Shown: one piece after another, positions 1 to 10,061 of the stretch | Layout of the letters: the number at the start of each line of letters is the position of its first letter | Position numbering within the stretch: position 1 is the stretch's first letter | Assembly (NCBI GenBank): GCA_963758445.1 | Contig: CAVWVR010000005.1 | Coordinates: forward strand, 21,414-85,413 | Direction of reading: 5' to 3' | DNA from: Terriglobia bacterium | Lineage (GTDB): Bacteria > Acidobacteriota > Terriglobia > Bryobacterales > Bryobacteraceae | DNA length: 64,000 bases | Translations under genes and position numbers: made by a program | The notes under the pieces: model-generated | Seen by the model: the letters and a program-made list of their open reading frames with translations, nothing else | Told to the model about the DNA's origin: nothing | The model's database searches: none

Positions 1-1
1 T

Positions 2-832
2 GAGCAGCGCGGCACGCCCGCGTTAGCGAAAGCCGGCGTTCAACTTGCCGACACAGGTACGCAGCCGGGCGGAAACATGGAAGGCAAAGAGGTACGTTTC
101 GGCATCGCCAACTCGGCTCTGTTTGCAACGGTGACTACGGACGCAAGCTGCGGCGCGGTCAACTCCACGCACGATAGTTTCACTCCGCTGGGCGGCCTGG
201 TTCCGCTGTTCAACATAGAACTGGGCGAGGTTGTGTTCGGCGGCACAGGCGCAGGACTCTACGGGATGTTGATGTACGCCATCCTTGCGGTGTTCATTGC
301 CGGCCTGATGGTGGGCAGAACGCCGGAATATCTAGGCAAGAAGATCGAGCAGAAGGAAGTGAAGATGGCGATGCTGGCGTTACTGATTCTGGCCACGAGC
401 ATCCTGCTGTTTTCGGGCGCGAGTTCGGTTGTGACGTTCGCCAAGAACAGTTACTGGAACCCGGCGGGCCCGGCTGTGGCCAACCTCGGGAATCCTGGTG
501 CGCACGGTCTGTCTGAAATTCTGTACGCTTACACGAGCGCGACAGGCAACAACGGCAGTGCGTTTGGGGGCATTAGCCCGAACACGCCCTGGTACAACAT
601 CACCCTTGGATTGGCGATGCTATGCGGCCGCTTCCTGATGATCATTCCGCTGCTGGCGGTGGCCGGCTCGCTGGCACAGAAGAAACAGGTGCCCGTTTCC
701 GCCGGAACATTTCCTACGCATGGTCCCTTGTTCGTTGGACTGCTGGTAGGCGTGGTGCTTATTGTAGGTGCGTTGACGTTCTTCCCCGCCCTGTCGCTGG
801 GACCCATTGTCGAGCACTTGATGATGCTCTAG
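2..832 (+). CDS. kdpA: Potassium-transporting ATPase subunit A (KdpA), C-terminal part; gene starts upstream of window
   Basis: Frame is open from nt 2 to stop at 832. Translation matches the KdpA C-terminal region (multi-TM, [16 protein letters not shown] motif). Followed immediately by kdpB and kdpC. Confidence 0.9.
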   Translation, partial: EQRGTPALAKAGVQLADTGTQPGGNMEGKEVRFGIANSALFATVTTDASCGAVNSTHDSFTPLGGLVPLFNIELGEVVFGGTGAGLYGMLMYAILAVFIAGLMVGRTPEYLGKKIEQKEVKMAMLALLILATSILLFSGASSVVTFAKNSYWNPAGPAVANLGNPGAHGLSEILYAYTSATGNNGSAFGGISPNTPWYNITLGLAMLCGRFLMIIPLLAVAGSLAQKKQVPVSAGTFPTHGPLFVGLLVGVVLIVGALTFFPALSLGPIVEHLMML

Positions 833-844
833 GAGATCGCAAGA

Positions 845-2971
845 ATGCCAACTGAATTGATGGAAAAACCGCCTGCGCCGGCAGCTACTGAGACTCTATC
901 TACGGAGTTGTTCGCTCGCGCGGGCAAACGCTCGCGGCCGTTATTTGATCCGCCGATTGTCCGGCGCGCCATCGTCGATTCATTCGTCAAGTTGAATCCG
1001 AAAACGATGGCGAAGAACCCGGTGATGTTTGTGGTTGAGGTGGGTGCGGTCGTCACCACGGTTTTGCTGACCTCAAACCTCATGCATGGAGCACGCGGGT
1101 TGGGCTTCTATTTGCAGATTGATATCTGGTTGTGGTTCACCGTTCTATTCGCCAATTTCGCGGAAGCCATGGCCGAAGGGCGCGGCAAAGCGCAGGCCGA
1201 TGCGCTGCGAAAGACGAAAACCGAAACGGTTGCAAAGAAGATCAAGGACAACGTAATTCAACAGGTCGGCGCTTCCGACCTAAGGCGCGGCGATGTGGTT
1301 TGTTGCGATCCGGATGACATCATTCCGGGTGACGGCGAAGTGATCGACGGAATCGCCAGCGTGGATGAATCGGTGATTACGGGAGAGAGCGCGCCGGTCA
1401 TTCGCGAATCGGGAGGAGACCGCAGCGCTGTCACTGGAGGAACGCGCGTTCTTTCGGACCAGATAAAGATTCGCATCACATCGAATCCCGGCGAGACGTT
1501 TCTCGATCGCATGATTGCGCTGGTGGAAGGCGCGCAACGCCAGAAAACGCCGAATGAGATCGCGCTCAACATCATGATCGCTGGGCTAACGCTTATTTTT
1601 CTACTTGCCGTGATCACTTTGGCCCCGTTTGCGGCGTATAGCGTCAAGGCGGCTGGTTCAGGGATGGTGCCCAGCGTTATCGTGCTGAACTCATTGCTGG
1701 TCTGCCTGATTCCCACGACCATCGGCGGCTTGCTTTCGGCCATCGGTATCGCGGGCATGGATCGTGTGATGCAGCACAACGTGCTTGCGATGAGCGGCAA
1801 GGCGGTGGAAGCTGCGGGCGACGTCAATACATTGCTGCTGGATAAGACCGGAACCATCACTTTGGGCAATCGTCAGGCGGTGGAATTCATCACCGTTGGC
1901 GGCGCCAGTGAAGCGGAACTTGCGGATTCGGCGCAACTCTCCAGCCTGGCGGACGAAACACCGGAAGGGCGTTCGATAGTTGTCCTCGCAAAGGAAAAAT
2001 ATGGCTTGCGGGGGCGGGAGTTGGCTGAGCACGAAGCCGAGTTCATTGCATTCTCCGCGCAGACGCGCATGAGCGGCGTCAACCTGGATGGACGCCGCAT
2101 TCGCAAAGGCGCCACGGAATCAGTTCGTCATTACGTGGAAGAACTGGGAGGGGTTTTCCCGCCGAAAGCCGCTGAGATTTCGGAAGGCATTTCGCGGCGA
2201 GGAGGAACGCCGCTTGCGGTCGCGGAAGGCAATCGCGTATTGGGCGTGATTTATCTCAAAGACATTGTGAAGGGCGGGATGCGCGAGCGCTTCGACCAAT
2301 TGCGCAACATGGGCATTCGCACGGTCATGATCACGGGCGATAATCCATTGACTGCGGCGTCGATCGCGCAGGAAGCGGGCGTCGACGACTTTCTCGCGCA
2401 GGCGACGCCGAAGGACAAACTCGAGTTCATCAAGAAGGAACAAGCGAACGGCCGTCTCGTGGCGATGACCGGCGACGGGACAAATGATGCGCCGGCGCTG
2501 GCACAAGCTGATGTCGGTCTCGCGATGAATACGGGCACCATGGCGGCAAAAGAGGCCGGCAATATGGTGGACCTGGACAGCAACCCGACGAAACTCATCG
2601 AAGTGGTAGCTATCGGCAAGCAATTGCTGATCACGCGCGGCGCATTGACCACGTTTTCCATCGCCAACGACGTTGCCAAATACTTCGCCATCATTCCGGC
2701 TATGTTCGCAGTGACGTACCCGGCGCTCAACAAGCTGAATATCATGCATCTGCACTCGCCGGAAAGTGCGATTCTTGCCGCGGTTATTTTTAACGCGCTG
2801 ATCATCATCGTTCTGGTCCCGCTGGCATTGCGTGGCGTGCGCTATCGTCCTCTATCCGCGGCTGCTCTGCTGCGTCGCAACCTGCTGGTGTATGGACTCG
2901 GCGGCGTTATCGCACCGTTCCCGGGCATCTGGATCATCGATCGGCTGCTGGGATTGCTGCACCTTGCATAG
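845..2971 (+). CDS. kdpB: Potassium-transporting P-type ATPase subunit B (KdpB)
   Basis: 708 aa with the P-type ATPase phosphorylation motif [10 protein letters not shown] and [12 protein letters not shown]. Position between kdpA and kdpC. Confidence 0.95.
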   Translation: MPTELMEKPPAPAATETLSTELFARAGKRSRPLFDPPIVRRAIVDSFVKLNPKTMAKNPVMFVVEVGAVVTTVLLTSNLMHGARGLGFYLQIDIWLWFTVLFANFAEAMAEGRGKAQADALRKTKTETVAKKIKDNVIQQVGASDLRRGDVVCCDPDDIIPGDGEVIDGIASVDESVITGESAPVIRESGGDRSAVTGGTRVLSDQIKIRITSNPGETFLDRMIALVEGAQRQKTPNEIALNIMIAGLTLIFLLAVITLAPFAAYSVKAAGSGMVPSVIVLNSLLVCLIPTTIGGLLSAIGIAGMDRVMQHNVLAMSGKAVEAAGDVNTLLLDKTGTITLGNRQAVEFITVGGASEAELADSAQLSSLADETPEGRSIVVLAKEKYGLRGRELAEHEAEFIAFSAQTRMSGVNLDGRRIRKGATESVRHYVEELGGVFPPKAAEISEGISRRGGTPLAVAEGNRVLGVIYLKDIVKGGMRERFDQLRNMGIRTVMITGDNPLTAASIAQEAGVDDFLAQATPKDKLEFIKKEQANGRLVAMTGDGTNDAPALAQADVGLAMNTGTMAAKEAGNMVDLDSNPTKLIEVVAIGKQLLITRGALTTFSIANDVAKYFAIIPAMFAVTYPALNKLNIMHLHSPESAILAAVIFNALIIIVLVPLALRGVRYRPLSAAALLRRNLLVYGLGGVIAPFPGIWIIDRLLGLLHLA

Positions 2972-2980
2972 GAAAACAAA

Positions 2981-3562
2981 ATGTTCAAAGAGTTAAGAGC
3001 GGGCATACTGATTACCATCGTGTTTACGGTACTGACCGGCCTGGTCTATCCGCTGGCAATTACCGGACTGGCGCAGCTGATTTTTCCGAGACAGGCCAAT
3101 GGAAGCCTGATGGAACGCAACGGCAAAGTGATCGGGTCGGAACTAATCGGCCAAAACTGGACCAAGCCCGAGTACTTTCATCCACGGCTTTCCTCCGCGG
3201 GTAATGGCTACGATGCCACGGCGTCCAGCGGATCAAATCTTGGGCCCACCAACCCTGCTCTTGTCGATCGACTCAACAAGAGCGCTGCCGATTTTCGCAA
3301 AGAGAATCCGGCTTTCACCGGGGCGATACCGGCTGACGCCATTACGGCTTCGGGCAGCGGACTCGATCCGGATATTACTCCCGCGAACGCCGAAGCACAG
3401 GCGGCGCGCGTGGCATCGGCTCGCGGGGCTTCCGTTGACCGCGTACGCAGTCTCATTAGCGCGTACACTAAAAATCGAACCCTGGGGATCATCGGGGAGC
3501 CACGTACGAACGTTTTGAAGTTGAATTTGGCACTCGACAATGAGATCCCGGTTCATCATTAA
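2981..3562 (+). CDS. kdpC: Potassium-transporting ATPase subunit C (KdpC)
   Basis: 193 aa with a single N-terminal TM helix. Typical KdpC sequence, directly downstream of kdpB. Confidence 0.9.
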   Translation: MFKELRAGILITIVFTVLTGLVYPLAITGLAQLIFPRQANGSLMERNGKVIGSELIGQNWTKPEYFHPRLSSAGNGYDATASSGSNLGPTNPALVDRLNKSAADFRKENPAFTGAIPADAITASGSGLDPDITPANAEAQAARVASARGASVDRVRSLISAYTKNRTLGIIGEPRTNVLKLNLALDNEIPVHH

Positions 3563-3568
3563 GAAGCG

Positions 3569-4660
3569 ATGGGCACTCGGGTAATTGCACGTCCCGATCC
3601 GGAAGAGCTGCTGAGGCGGGTCGAATCCGAGGAGCGGGAAGAAAAACGCGGAAGGCTGAAGGTCTTCCTGGGCTACGCGCCGCGCGTTGGCAAATCCCGG
3701 CGCATGCTGGATGAGGGTTGCCGCCGCAAAAAGCGCGGGCAGGATGTCGTCATAGGCGCGCTCCAGAGGAAAGAGAGTGCGGGCACCGGGTGTTATGTGG
3801 GCTCGCTGGAAATGATCCCGCTTCGACCAGTCGATGGCGGAGTGGCGATGGACACCGATGCCATCATTCGGCGTCACCCGACAATTTGCCTGATCGACGA
3901 ACTCGCGTTCGACAATCCGCCGGGCGCGGAGCGTGAGCATCGCTGGCAGGATGTGGAGCATCTGCTGAACAACGGCATCAATGTTGCAACGGCGGTCAAT
4001 CTCCAGCACATTTCCGAACAGCAGAACTGCGTGGAAGCGATTACGTCCAGGAGAGCGCAAAATTCGGTGCCCGAAAAGTTCGTTCGGGACGCGGATGAAA
4101 TCGAGATCGTCGATGTGCCCGCGCAGGACTTGTGTACTGGTCTAGAAAGCGACGAACAACGGGCGCTAAACAGCCGGCAACTATCTGAACTGCGTGAGTT
4201 GGCGCTGCTCCTGGTGGCGGACGTGATTGAGGCGCAACTGTTGCGCTATCTGGACGGGCATGGCGTCCAACATTCCTGGGGAGCTCAGGAGCGAATCCTG
4301 CTTTGCATCGAAACGCAGCCCAAAGCCAAAGCTCTGGTGGAGAGCGGCAAGCGCAACGCAACCCGTTCGCACGGGCAACTGTTCGCGCTCCATGTGGAGG
4401 ACAAAGAACTCAACCGTGAAGCTCGCGAACAGGTTCAGGAGAACCTGGAATTGGCGCGGCGGTTGGGCGCGGAGATTCACGAGGTGAGCAACCCGGACCC
4501 GATCGGCGCAATTATCGATTTCGCCCGCACTAACCGAATAACTCAGATTTTTGTCGGTCATCCGCGGGGGAATAGATGGCTGCACTGGGGAGAACGGCGG
4601 ATCGACCGCCTGATTCGTGAAGCTGAAGGGATGGATGTCCGAATCTTTCCCCAGTCCTGA
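3569..4660 (+). CDS. KdpD N-terminal sensor domain + universal-stress-protein (Usp) domain protein; no histidine-kinase domain
   Basis: The RGRLKVFLGYAPRVGKSRRMLDEG motif is a degenerate KdpD N-domain P-loop. The C-terminal half is Usp-like. No HisKA/HATPase_c motifs (H-box, N/G1/G2 boxes) are present. Confidence 0.8.
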   Translation: MGTRVIARPDPEELLRRVESEEREEKRGRLKVFLGYAPRVGKSRRMLDEGCRRKKRGQDVVIGALQRKESAGTGCYVGSLEMIPLRPVDGGVAMDTDAIIRRHPTICLIDELAFDNPPGAEREHRWQDVEHLLNNGINVATAVNLQHISEQQNCVEAITSRRAQNSVPEKFVRDADEIEIVDVPAQDLCTGLESDEQRALNSRQLSELRELALLLVADVIEAQLLRYLDGHGVQHSWGAQERILLCIETQPKAKALVESGKRNATRSHGQLFALHVEDKELNREAREQVQENLELARRLGAEIHEVSNPDPIGAIIDFARTNRITQIFVGHPRGNRWLHWGERRIDRLIREAEGMDVRIFPQS

Positions 4661-5732
4661 AAGCACAGAGCATAAACGCGGCAAGTTGCGCATCTTTCTG
4701 GGCTACGCCGCGGGTGTGGGAAAAACCTACAAGATGCTCGAAGAGGCGCAGCGGCTGAAGGCAGAGGGTATCGATGTCGTGATTGGCTACTTCGAGCCGC
4801 ATGCGCGCAAGGACACGATTGCGAAGACGCAGGGGCTTGAGACCGTTCCGCGCAAAGCTATTTCATACCGACGCTCGACCTTTGAAGAGATGGACACGGA
4901 CGCAGTCCTTCGGCGCAAGCCTGCGGTCTGCGTTGTCGATGAGTTCGCACACACAAACGTCCCGGGATCGGAGCGCGCCAAGCGGTACGAGGATGTCCAC
5001 GTGCTCCTGGATGCCGGTATTGATGTGCTCACTACGCTGAACGTGCAGCACCTGGAAAGTTTGAACGACCAGGTCTGGCAAGTAACCGGTATTCGCGTTC
5101 GCGAGACCATTCCAGACTGGGTGGTGGAAAAGGCGGACGAAATCGTGATGGTTGACGTGCCGCCGCGAGCGCTCATTCATCGGCTGGAGCGCGGTGTCGT
5201 CTACGGGCACGATAAAGCGCAGCGAGCGCTAGAAAACTTCTTCACCGAGACGAATCTGACGGCCTTGCGCGAACTGGCTCTGCGACAGACGGCGCATCAA
5301 CTGGAAGGCAATATCGACCGCTTGAAGGAGAAGCCTTCGTCGCAGCGGGAACCGAAAAACTCGTCAGAACGCGTGATGATTCAGCTCAACGCCGTGCCGC
5401 AGGCCGCAATGCTGCTTCGGCGCGGAAAACGGCTGGCGGATTATCTTGAAACCGATTGCATCGCCGTCTATGTTGCACGCGACGAACGCTGGTCCGATCT
5501 TTCGCCTGAGCAGCGCGATGTTCTGGAAAAGCAGATGAACTTTGCGAGGAACATGAGGATCGGAGTGGAAACGCTGGTCGGCAAAGACATAGCGGAAACA
5601 CTGACGGACTTCGCACGCCAGCAGCAGGTAACGCAGCTTATCATCCTCCGCGGCATGCCCGATACGCATCGCATTGTGAATAAAGCGCACAATATGGTGG
5701 TTACGGTGATTTCGGAGCGCAAACGGGCTTAG
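4617..5732 (+). CDS. Second KdpD N-terminal/Usp domain paralog (sensor-only, no kinase)
   Basis: RGKLRIFLGYAAGVGKTYKMLEEA is a canonical KdpD N-domain P-loop, and the C-terminal region is Usp-like. It overlaps the end of the preceding paralog. The true start may be the internal ATG near 4635. Confidence 0.8.
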   Translation: MKLKGWMSESFPSPESTEHKRGKLRIFLGYAAGVGKTYKMLEEAQRLKAEGIDVVIGYFEPHARKDTIAKTQGLETVPRKAISYRRSTFEEMDTDAVLRRKPAVCVVDEFAHTNVPGSERAKRYEDVHVLLDAGIDVLTTLNVQHLESLNDQVWQVTGIRVRETIPDWVVEKADEIVMVDVPPRALIHRLERGVVYGHDKAQRALENFFTETNLTALRELALRQTAHQLEGNIDRLKEKPSSQREPKNSSERVMIQLNAVPQAAMLLRRGKRLADYLETDCIAVYVARDERWSDLSPEQRDVLEKQMNFARNMRIGVETLVGKDIAETLTDFARQQQVTQLIILRGMPDTHRIVNKAHNMVVTVISERKRA

Positions 5733-5885
5733 TAGGGAGTCTTCTTTGGATTGGATTGATATTGCGATTAAATGCTGTATCAATTCTCCGTGTGCGACGA
5801 AGCTCTACGACCGGCACAAAGAGGAACCCTCGCTCGATGAATATGAGAAGGTGGGGGTCTGATCAAACTTGACCAGCTGATTCTT

Positions 5886-6497
5886 TTGTTAGTCGGTTGG
5901 GTACTCGGCTTTCCAAGTGCACTCCTACTTGATTGGCTCCGCCGCCTCCTGCGTAGACGTGAGCTGAAGAGAGTCATCAGAACGGAAATGGTTGAGCTGC
6001 AGTACATGATGGCGATGAACGCCTATCTGATGCGCAGCGATGCAGGGCCGCTAACGAATGCCTTTCTCGACTGGATCTGCCCTATTGCCCGAAACTATCA
6101 CGGCCCGGCAGCATCGCCCGAGCTGGCCGACTTCATCGTTCAACTTCGAAACCTATCTGAACAGGAGCGAGAAGCCGTTTTCAAAGCACGTTACAAGGCT
6201 AATCGAGGCTTGTATCCGAAGCAGCAGTGTTTGCCGTTTGTAACAGCCCACTTCGGAGAGCTTTCGGTTTTTCCTTTACAATTCCAAGCGGCCATACTGC
6301 GCGTGAAAGGGCAGCTCGAATTATTCAATCAACACGTTGCTTTTGTACAAAAACGGCACGACATGACGTTTACCGTTACGAAGGAACAGTACGAACGCGT
6401 TGCAAACGACTTCCGCGACGGAATCGCCCAACTCGCCTACATGGCGGAGCAAATCGCAACCGCAATTTCGGATCAAGCCATTTTGAAAGGCAGGTGA
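5886..6497 (+). CDS. Hypothetical protein with an N-terminal TM helix, in a low-GC pocket
   Basis: 203-aa ORF with a TTG start and no recognisable motifs. Local GC is about 40-48% versus about 60% in the flanks. Confidence 0.35.
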   Translation: MLVGWVLGFPSALLLDWLRRLLRRRELKRVIRTEMVELQYMMAMNAYLMRSDAGPLTNAFLDWICPIARNYHGPAASPELADFIVQLRNLSEQEREAVFKARYKANRGLYPKQQCLPFVTAHFGELSVFPLQFQAAILRVKGQLELFNQHVAFVQKRHDMTFTVTKEQYERVANDFRDGIAQLAYMAEQIATAISDQAILKGR

Positions 6498-6663
6498 ACT
6501 GACGATAGTACAGGTAATCCCGCTAGAGCAGGAATGTCGTACACACCTCAAATGCCGTTTGAACAAGTAAGGCCGAGTCGAGCCCCGCCAAGTCCGGGGC
6601 GGCTCAGGGGAAGGGATGCCATTGAGGCTGACGTTTGAAAACGCGCGAGCACCGAAATTGATT

Positions 6664-6694
6664 GATATAACAGCTTTCTCATAGAGTCGGCAAC
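6664..6694. promoter_or_regulatory. Motif copy A, GATATAACAGCTTTCT-N9-GGCAAC, 28 bp upstream of the MFS transporter start
   Basis: An exact 16-mer plus GGCAAC at identical spacing is repeated at 9053-9083. Confidence 0.5.
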
Positions 6695-6721
6695 CTGTCC
6701 TATTAGGTTCCATCCAACTTT

Positions 6722-7921
6722 GTGAAGGAGCTTTGGATGGCAACTGCCGAACTCACACTACAAGATGCTCAGACGACAACTTCGAACGCCGCCTGGTGGG
6801 CGGTGGTCTCGCGATTCTTTCTGCACGGCCTAATCGTGTCCACGTGGGTATCGCGGATTCCCACCATTCAAAGTGCGCTAGGGTTGACGAACGCCACTCT
6901 CGGACTCAGTCTGCTGGGAACGGCTGTCGGGTCGGTGGTCGCAATTCCCGCGACGGGTTGGCTGGTGGGGCGCATCGGCAGCAAGCGTGTCGCTGGCCTA
7001 AGCACGGTTGGCTTCGCGCTCGCTTTGGTTGCTCCGGCTTTTGCCTACAACGGACTTACTCTTTTCCTGTCTCTGATTCTCTTCGGGGCAATGGCGGGAG
7101 CCAACGACGTTTCCATCAATGCGCAAGGAGTTGCGCTCGAACAGGCACTGGATACTCCCGTGATGTCGCGTTTTCACGCGATGTTCAGCATCGGGGGAAT
7201 GATGGGCGCGGCCGCAGGTGGGTTGATTGCCTTGCGCGAGGTTTCCCCACGGCCTCACTTCCTGGTACTGTCGGTCGTATTCGTGCTGGCCGGCATTCTT
7301 ACCGCGCCCTATCTGTTCGAAGCGCACGATCACAAAACAGAGCAGACGCATTCGATGCGATTGCGCCACATTCCTTTGGTGCTGGTGGTGCTTGCTGTCA
7401 TCGGCACGTGCATGTTTCTCTCAGAGGGCGCGATGGCGGATTGGTCAGGCGTCTACTTGAAGCAGGCTCTGCATGCCGACCACGCGCTTGCGGCTTCCGC
7501 CTACGCTGTTTTCTCATCCGGCATGGCGTTGTTCCGGCTTCTCGGCGACGGCATTACGAAGCGCCTTGGGCCGGTGCGCACGGTTCGCGCAGGCGCGTTG
7601 ATCGCTGCTACCGGCCTGACACTCGCGCTAACGTCCCACTCCGCAATGGCAGCTCTCCCGGGATTTGCACTCACGGGCGCAGGATTCTCCGTTATTGTTC
7701 CGCTGGTGTTCGCGGCCGGCGGTAGAGTCAAACAGATTCCCAGCGGGTTCGGCATCGCCATGGTGAGCGGTTCCGGTTACTTCGGCTTCTTATTCGGGCC
7801 GCCGCTCATCGGTCTGCTTGCGCAGGCAACATCGTTGCGCCTGACTTTGTTCCTGGTGGTTGCGCTCACGCTGGTAGCGGCGACGTTGGCGAATGCAGTG
7901 CGCCCGGCGGATGCGCAGTAA
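6722..7921 (+). CDS. MFS transporter
   Basis: 399 aa with about 12 predicted TM helices and a glycine-rich MFS-type composition. Confidence 0.8.
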   Translation: MKELWMATAELTLQDAQTTTSNAAWWAVVSRFFLHGLIVSTWVSRIPTIQSALGLTNATLGLSLLGTAVGSVVAIPATGWLVGRIGSKRVAGLSTVGFALALVAPAFAYNGLTLFLSLILFGAMAGANDVSINAQGVALEQALDTPVMSRFHAMFSIGGMMGAAAGGLIALREVSPRPHFLVLSVVFVLAGILTAPYLFEAHDHKTEQTHSMRLRHIPLVLVVLAVIGTCMFLSEGAMADWSGVYLKQALHADHALAASAYAVFSSGMALFRLLGDGITKRLGPVRTVRAGALIAATGLTLALTSHSAMAALPGFALTGAGFSVIVPLVFAAGGRVKQIPSGFGIAMVSGSGYFGFLFGPPLIGLLAQATSLRLTLFLVVALTLVAATLANAVRPADAQ

Positions 7922-7927
7922 TCACGT

Positions 7928-9043
7928 CTAGGCGGCGTCAATTTCGGCGCCGCACGATTTACGGACGATCAACTCGCCGTCAAGCAAGACCTCTCGCGGC
8001 GGCAGATGAGGGCTACGGATGCGGTCCAGCATGGTGCGTAAGGCGGCTTCGCCAATCTCGCGAGTCGGCTGGCGAATCGTGGTCAGCGGCACGGGCAAAA
8101 GACTTGCGTACGACACATCGTCTATGCCGACAATCCGGATATCCTCCGGAATCTTCATCTTCCTCGCGAGAAAGACCTGCATGAGCTGGCCGGCCACGCG
8201 GTCGTTCACGCAAACGAAGGCATCTATCGCGTCGCGCTTGCCTTTGCCGCCAGACAGCTTGGGATTCTCCTGGTCCGCTTGCGCCGCCTCGACCATGGGC
8301 CGCAAACCATGGACGACCAGCGCTTCTTTGTATCCGGAAAGCCGATCCTCAATGCTGGATGCGATGCCGTGATGACCGAGAAAACCAATGCGCCTGCACC
8401 CCAGATTGATCAGGTGCTCTGTCGCGACATAAGCGGCCTGTCGATTGTTCAATCCAACCAGGTCCGGACGATTGCGTTCCGGAGTTTTCGAAGCGCGCCG
8501 GTCAAGCAGCACAACTGGAATTTTGGCCTCCCGAAGAGCGGAGAGAATGCGCGCGTTCACCTTCGTTGCCTCGCGTTCATATTCCAAGGGCGCGAAGAAG
8601 ACGCCGGACACTTGTTTGGATATGAACTGTTGGCACAGGCTCCAGGCCTGCTGCGGCTTAGTCGTCTGGGTTCCGGCATTTCCCCACAGCAGCGCGTGCT
8701 CAGGGGCTTCGGGAGCGCGCGCGATGCCCTGACATATCGGCTCGAATATCTCTGTTTCGCCGAGATCGGGTATTAACAATCCGAACAGATGCGGCCGGGG
8801 CTGGTGCTGAAGATCGCGAACATAGGTGCCGGATCCGGCGACGCGGTCCACCAACTGCAGGTTCTGAAGCTCGCGAATGGCACGCCCGACGGTGATGCGC
8901 GAAGCACCGGATTTGTTGACCAGCGCGGCCTCGCTTGGGAGTTTCTGACCCGGCTTATAGCGCTCCGCAAGAATATCGGCTTTGAGTGATTCAAACAGTT
9001 CCTGATACTTCGGAATAGGCCGCTCTGAACGCGTACTACGCAT
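7928..9043 (-). CDS. Transcriptional regulator with a GntR-type N-terminal HTH and a LacI/periplasmic-binding-protein-like C-terminal sugar-binding domain
   Basis: N-terminal YQELFESLKADILAERYKPGQKLPSEAALVNKSGASRITVGRAIRELQ is a GntR HTH. The remainder is a PBP-like fold typical of LacI-family ligand domains. Confidence 0.8.
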   Translation of the reverse strand: MRSTRSERPIPKYQELFESLKADILAERYKPGQKLPSEAALVNKSGASRITVGRAIRELQNLQLVDRVAGSGTYVRDLQHQPRPHLFGLLIPDLGETEIFEPICQGIARAPEAPEHALLWGNAGTQTTKPQQAWSLCQQFISKQVSGVFFAPLEYEREATKVNARILSALREAKIPVVLLDRRASKTPERNRPDLVGLNNRQAAYVATEHLINLGCRRIGFLGHHGIASSIEDRLSGYKEALVVHGLRPMVEAAQADQENPKLSGGKGKRDAIDAFVCVNDRVAGQLMQVFLARKMKIPEDIRIVGIDDVSYASLLPVPLTTIRQPTREIGEAALRTMLDRIRSPHLPPREVLLDGELIVRKSCGAEIDAA

Positions 9044-9052
9044 GCGGAATCA

Positions 9053-9083
9053 GATATAACAGCTTTCTAGCCGCTACGGCAAC
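9053..9083. promoter_or_regulatory. Motif copy B, GATATAACAGCTTTCT-N9-GGCAAC, 10-40 bp upstream of the GntR-type regulator start and about 160 bp upstream of the HAD gene
   Basis: Same 16-mer and GGCAAC spacing as at 6664-6694, on the same strand. Confidence 0.5.
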
Positions 9084-9241
9084 TGAGGCAGTGCATTTCC
9101 ATCTAAAATGTAGGAGAGGACGTTGCACCTCGTAAACGATCCTTCCTTCCCTGTTCGCTAGGAAGCGCGCCGGAGACTGTTTAGCCCGGCGACTCACTGC
9201 CAGCGTTTCTCTTTTCAATTTTTAAAAAAAGGAGTATCTTT

Positions 9242-10054
9242 ATGACCCCCTCAGGGAAACAATATCTATTCGTTAGCGATTTCGACCAGACGTTGAGCTT
9301 CAACGATTCCGGCCTGGTTCTAAGTAAGATGATCGGCGTTGACGGCTTTGAAGAGCGTGTGAAAGGTCTGGCCAACCTCCACCTTGTGCAACAGGGCGGC
9401 GAACTCGCCTACTTGCTGCTGCACGACCCGCAATTCCGCTGCGTTCGCAGGGACCAGCTTGCAGCCGTGGGTAAACAGATTCGTCTCAAAGAGAATATCG
9501 ATCTACTCTCTGACGCGCTCAAAGATCTGAACGGCAATGAGTTCAAGTTCCACGTGGTTTCGGCGGCACCGGAAGAAGTTGTGAAGTCGGCGCTCGAAGG
9601 CATTGTTCCGGCCGATCACATTCACGGCACGCGCTTCCGCTATAACGATGCGGGTGAAATCGAAAGCATCGTTCGGCTACCGGCCGGGTACGGCAAGGTT
9701 GCGGTGGTGGATGAACTTAGAACGCAGATGAAAATCGGACATGACAGCGTTGTCTACGTCGGCGACGGCAGTTCGGACGTTCACGTCATGCTGCACGTGA
9801 ATCGCCTGGATGGCTTAACCATCGCGGTCTCGGAGAATAAGTACCTGACTCCGATCGCGAAACGGACCATTCTCAGTGAGGATGCGTCCAGCGTTCTAGT
9901 GCCCATGCTGGAAGATCTGTTTGGCTGGACTGCTGCGCAGATTCGCACTTTTTTCCAGGCACGAGGCTTGACGCTTCAGGAATGGGATAAGGTTCGCACC
10001 GATACGATTACATTGGGCCGCACGGCCACACCGGTGGCGGCGGCGATTAACTAA
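9242..10054 (+). CDS. HAD-superfamily hydrolase (HAD-IB/phosphoserine-phosphatase-like)
   Basis: N-terminal FVSDFDQTL is HAD motif I (DxD). YVGDGSSDV is motif IV. An AGGAG ribosome-binding site precedes the ATG. Confidence 0.7.
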   Translation: MTPSGKQYLFVSDFDQTLSFNDSGLVLSKMIGVDGFEERVKGLANLHLVQQGGELAYLLLHDPQFRCVRRDQLAAVGKQIRLKENIDLLSDALKDLNGNEFKFHVVSAAPEEVVKSALEGIVPADHIHGTRFRYNDAGEIESIVRLPAGYGKVAVVDELRTQMKIGHDSVVYVGDGSSDVHVMLHVNRLDGLTIAVSENKYLTPIAKRTILSEDASSVLVPMLEDLFGWTAAQIRTFFQARGLTLQEWDKVRTDTITLGRTATPVAAAIN

Positions 10055-10061
10055 GTGAAAG

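Noticed and set aside
3569-5732. Possibility that the two KdpD-like ORFs are one full-length kdpD broken by a frameshift
   Set aside because: Each ORF independently contains both a KdpD N-terminal domain and a Usp domain, so they are two paralogs. No TM or kinase sequence appears in any frame of this interval.
6560-6605. GC-rich imperfect hairpin GAGCCCCGCC...GGGGCGGCTC upstream of the MFS gene considered as a terminator
   Set aside because: The stem is imperfect and is followed by AGGGGAAGGG rather than a T-tract, so it is not a convincing rho-independent terminator.
6733-7725. Long alternative-frame ORF (330 aa, Arg-rich) overlapping the MFS transporter
   Set aside because: Typical high-GC frame artefact. 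It has Arg/Gly-rich low-complexity translation and no motifs, and it overlaps a well-supported gene. The same reasoning applies to the many antisense ORFs in the track, for example 1258-1869, 2120-2755, 15640-16155, 20065-20895, 27124-27813, 31739-32677 and 62550-63716.
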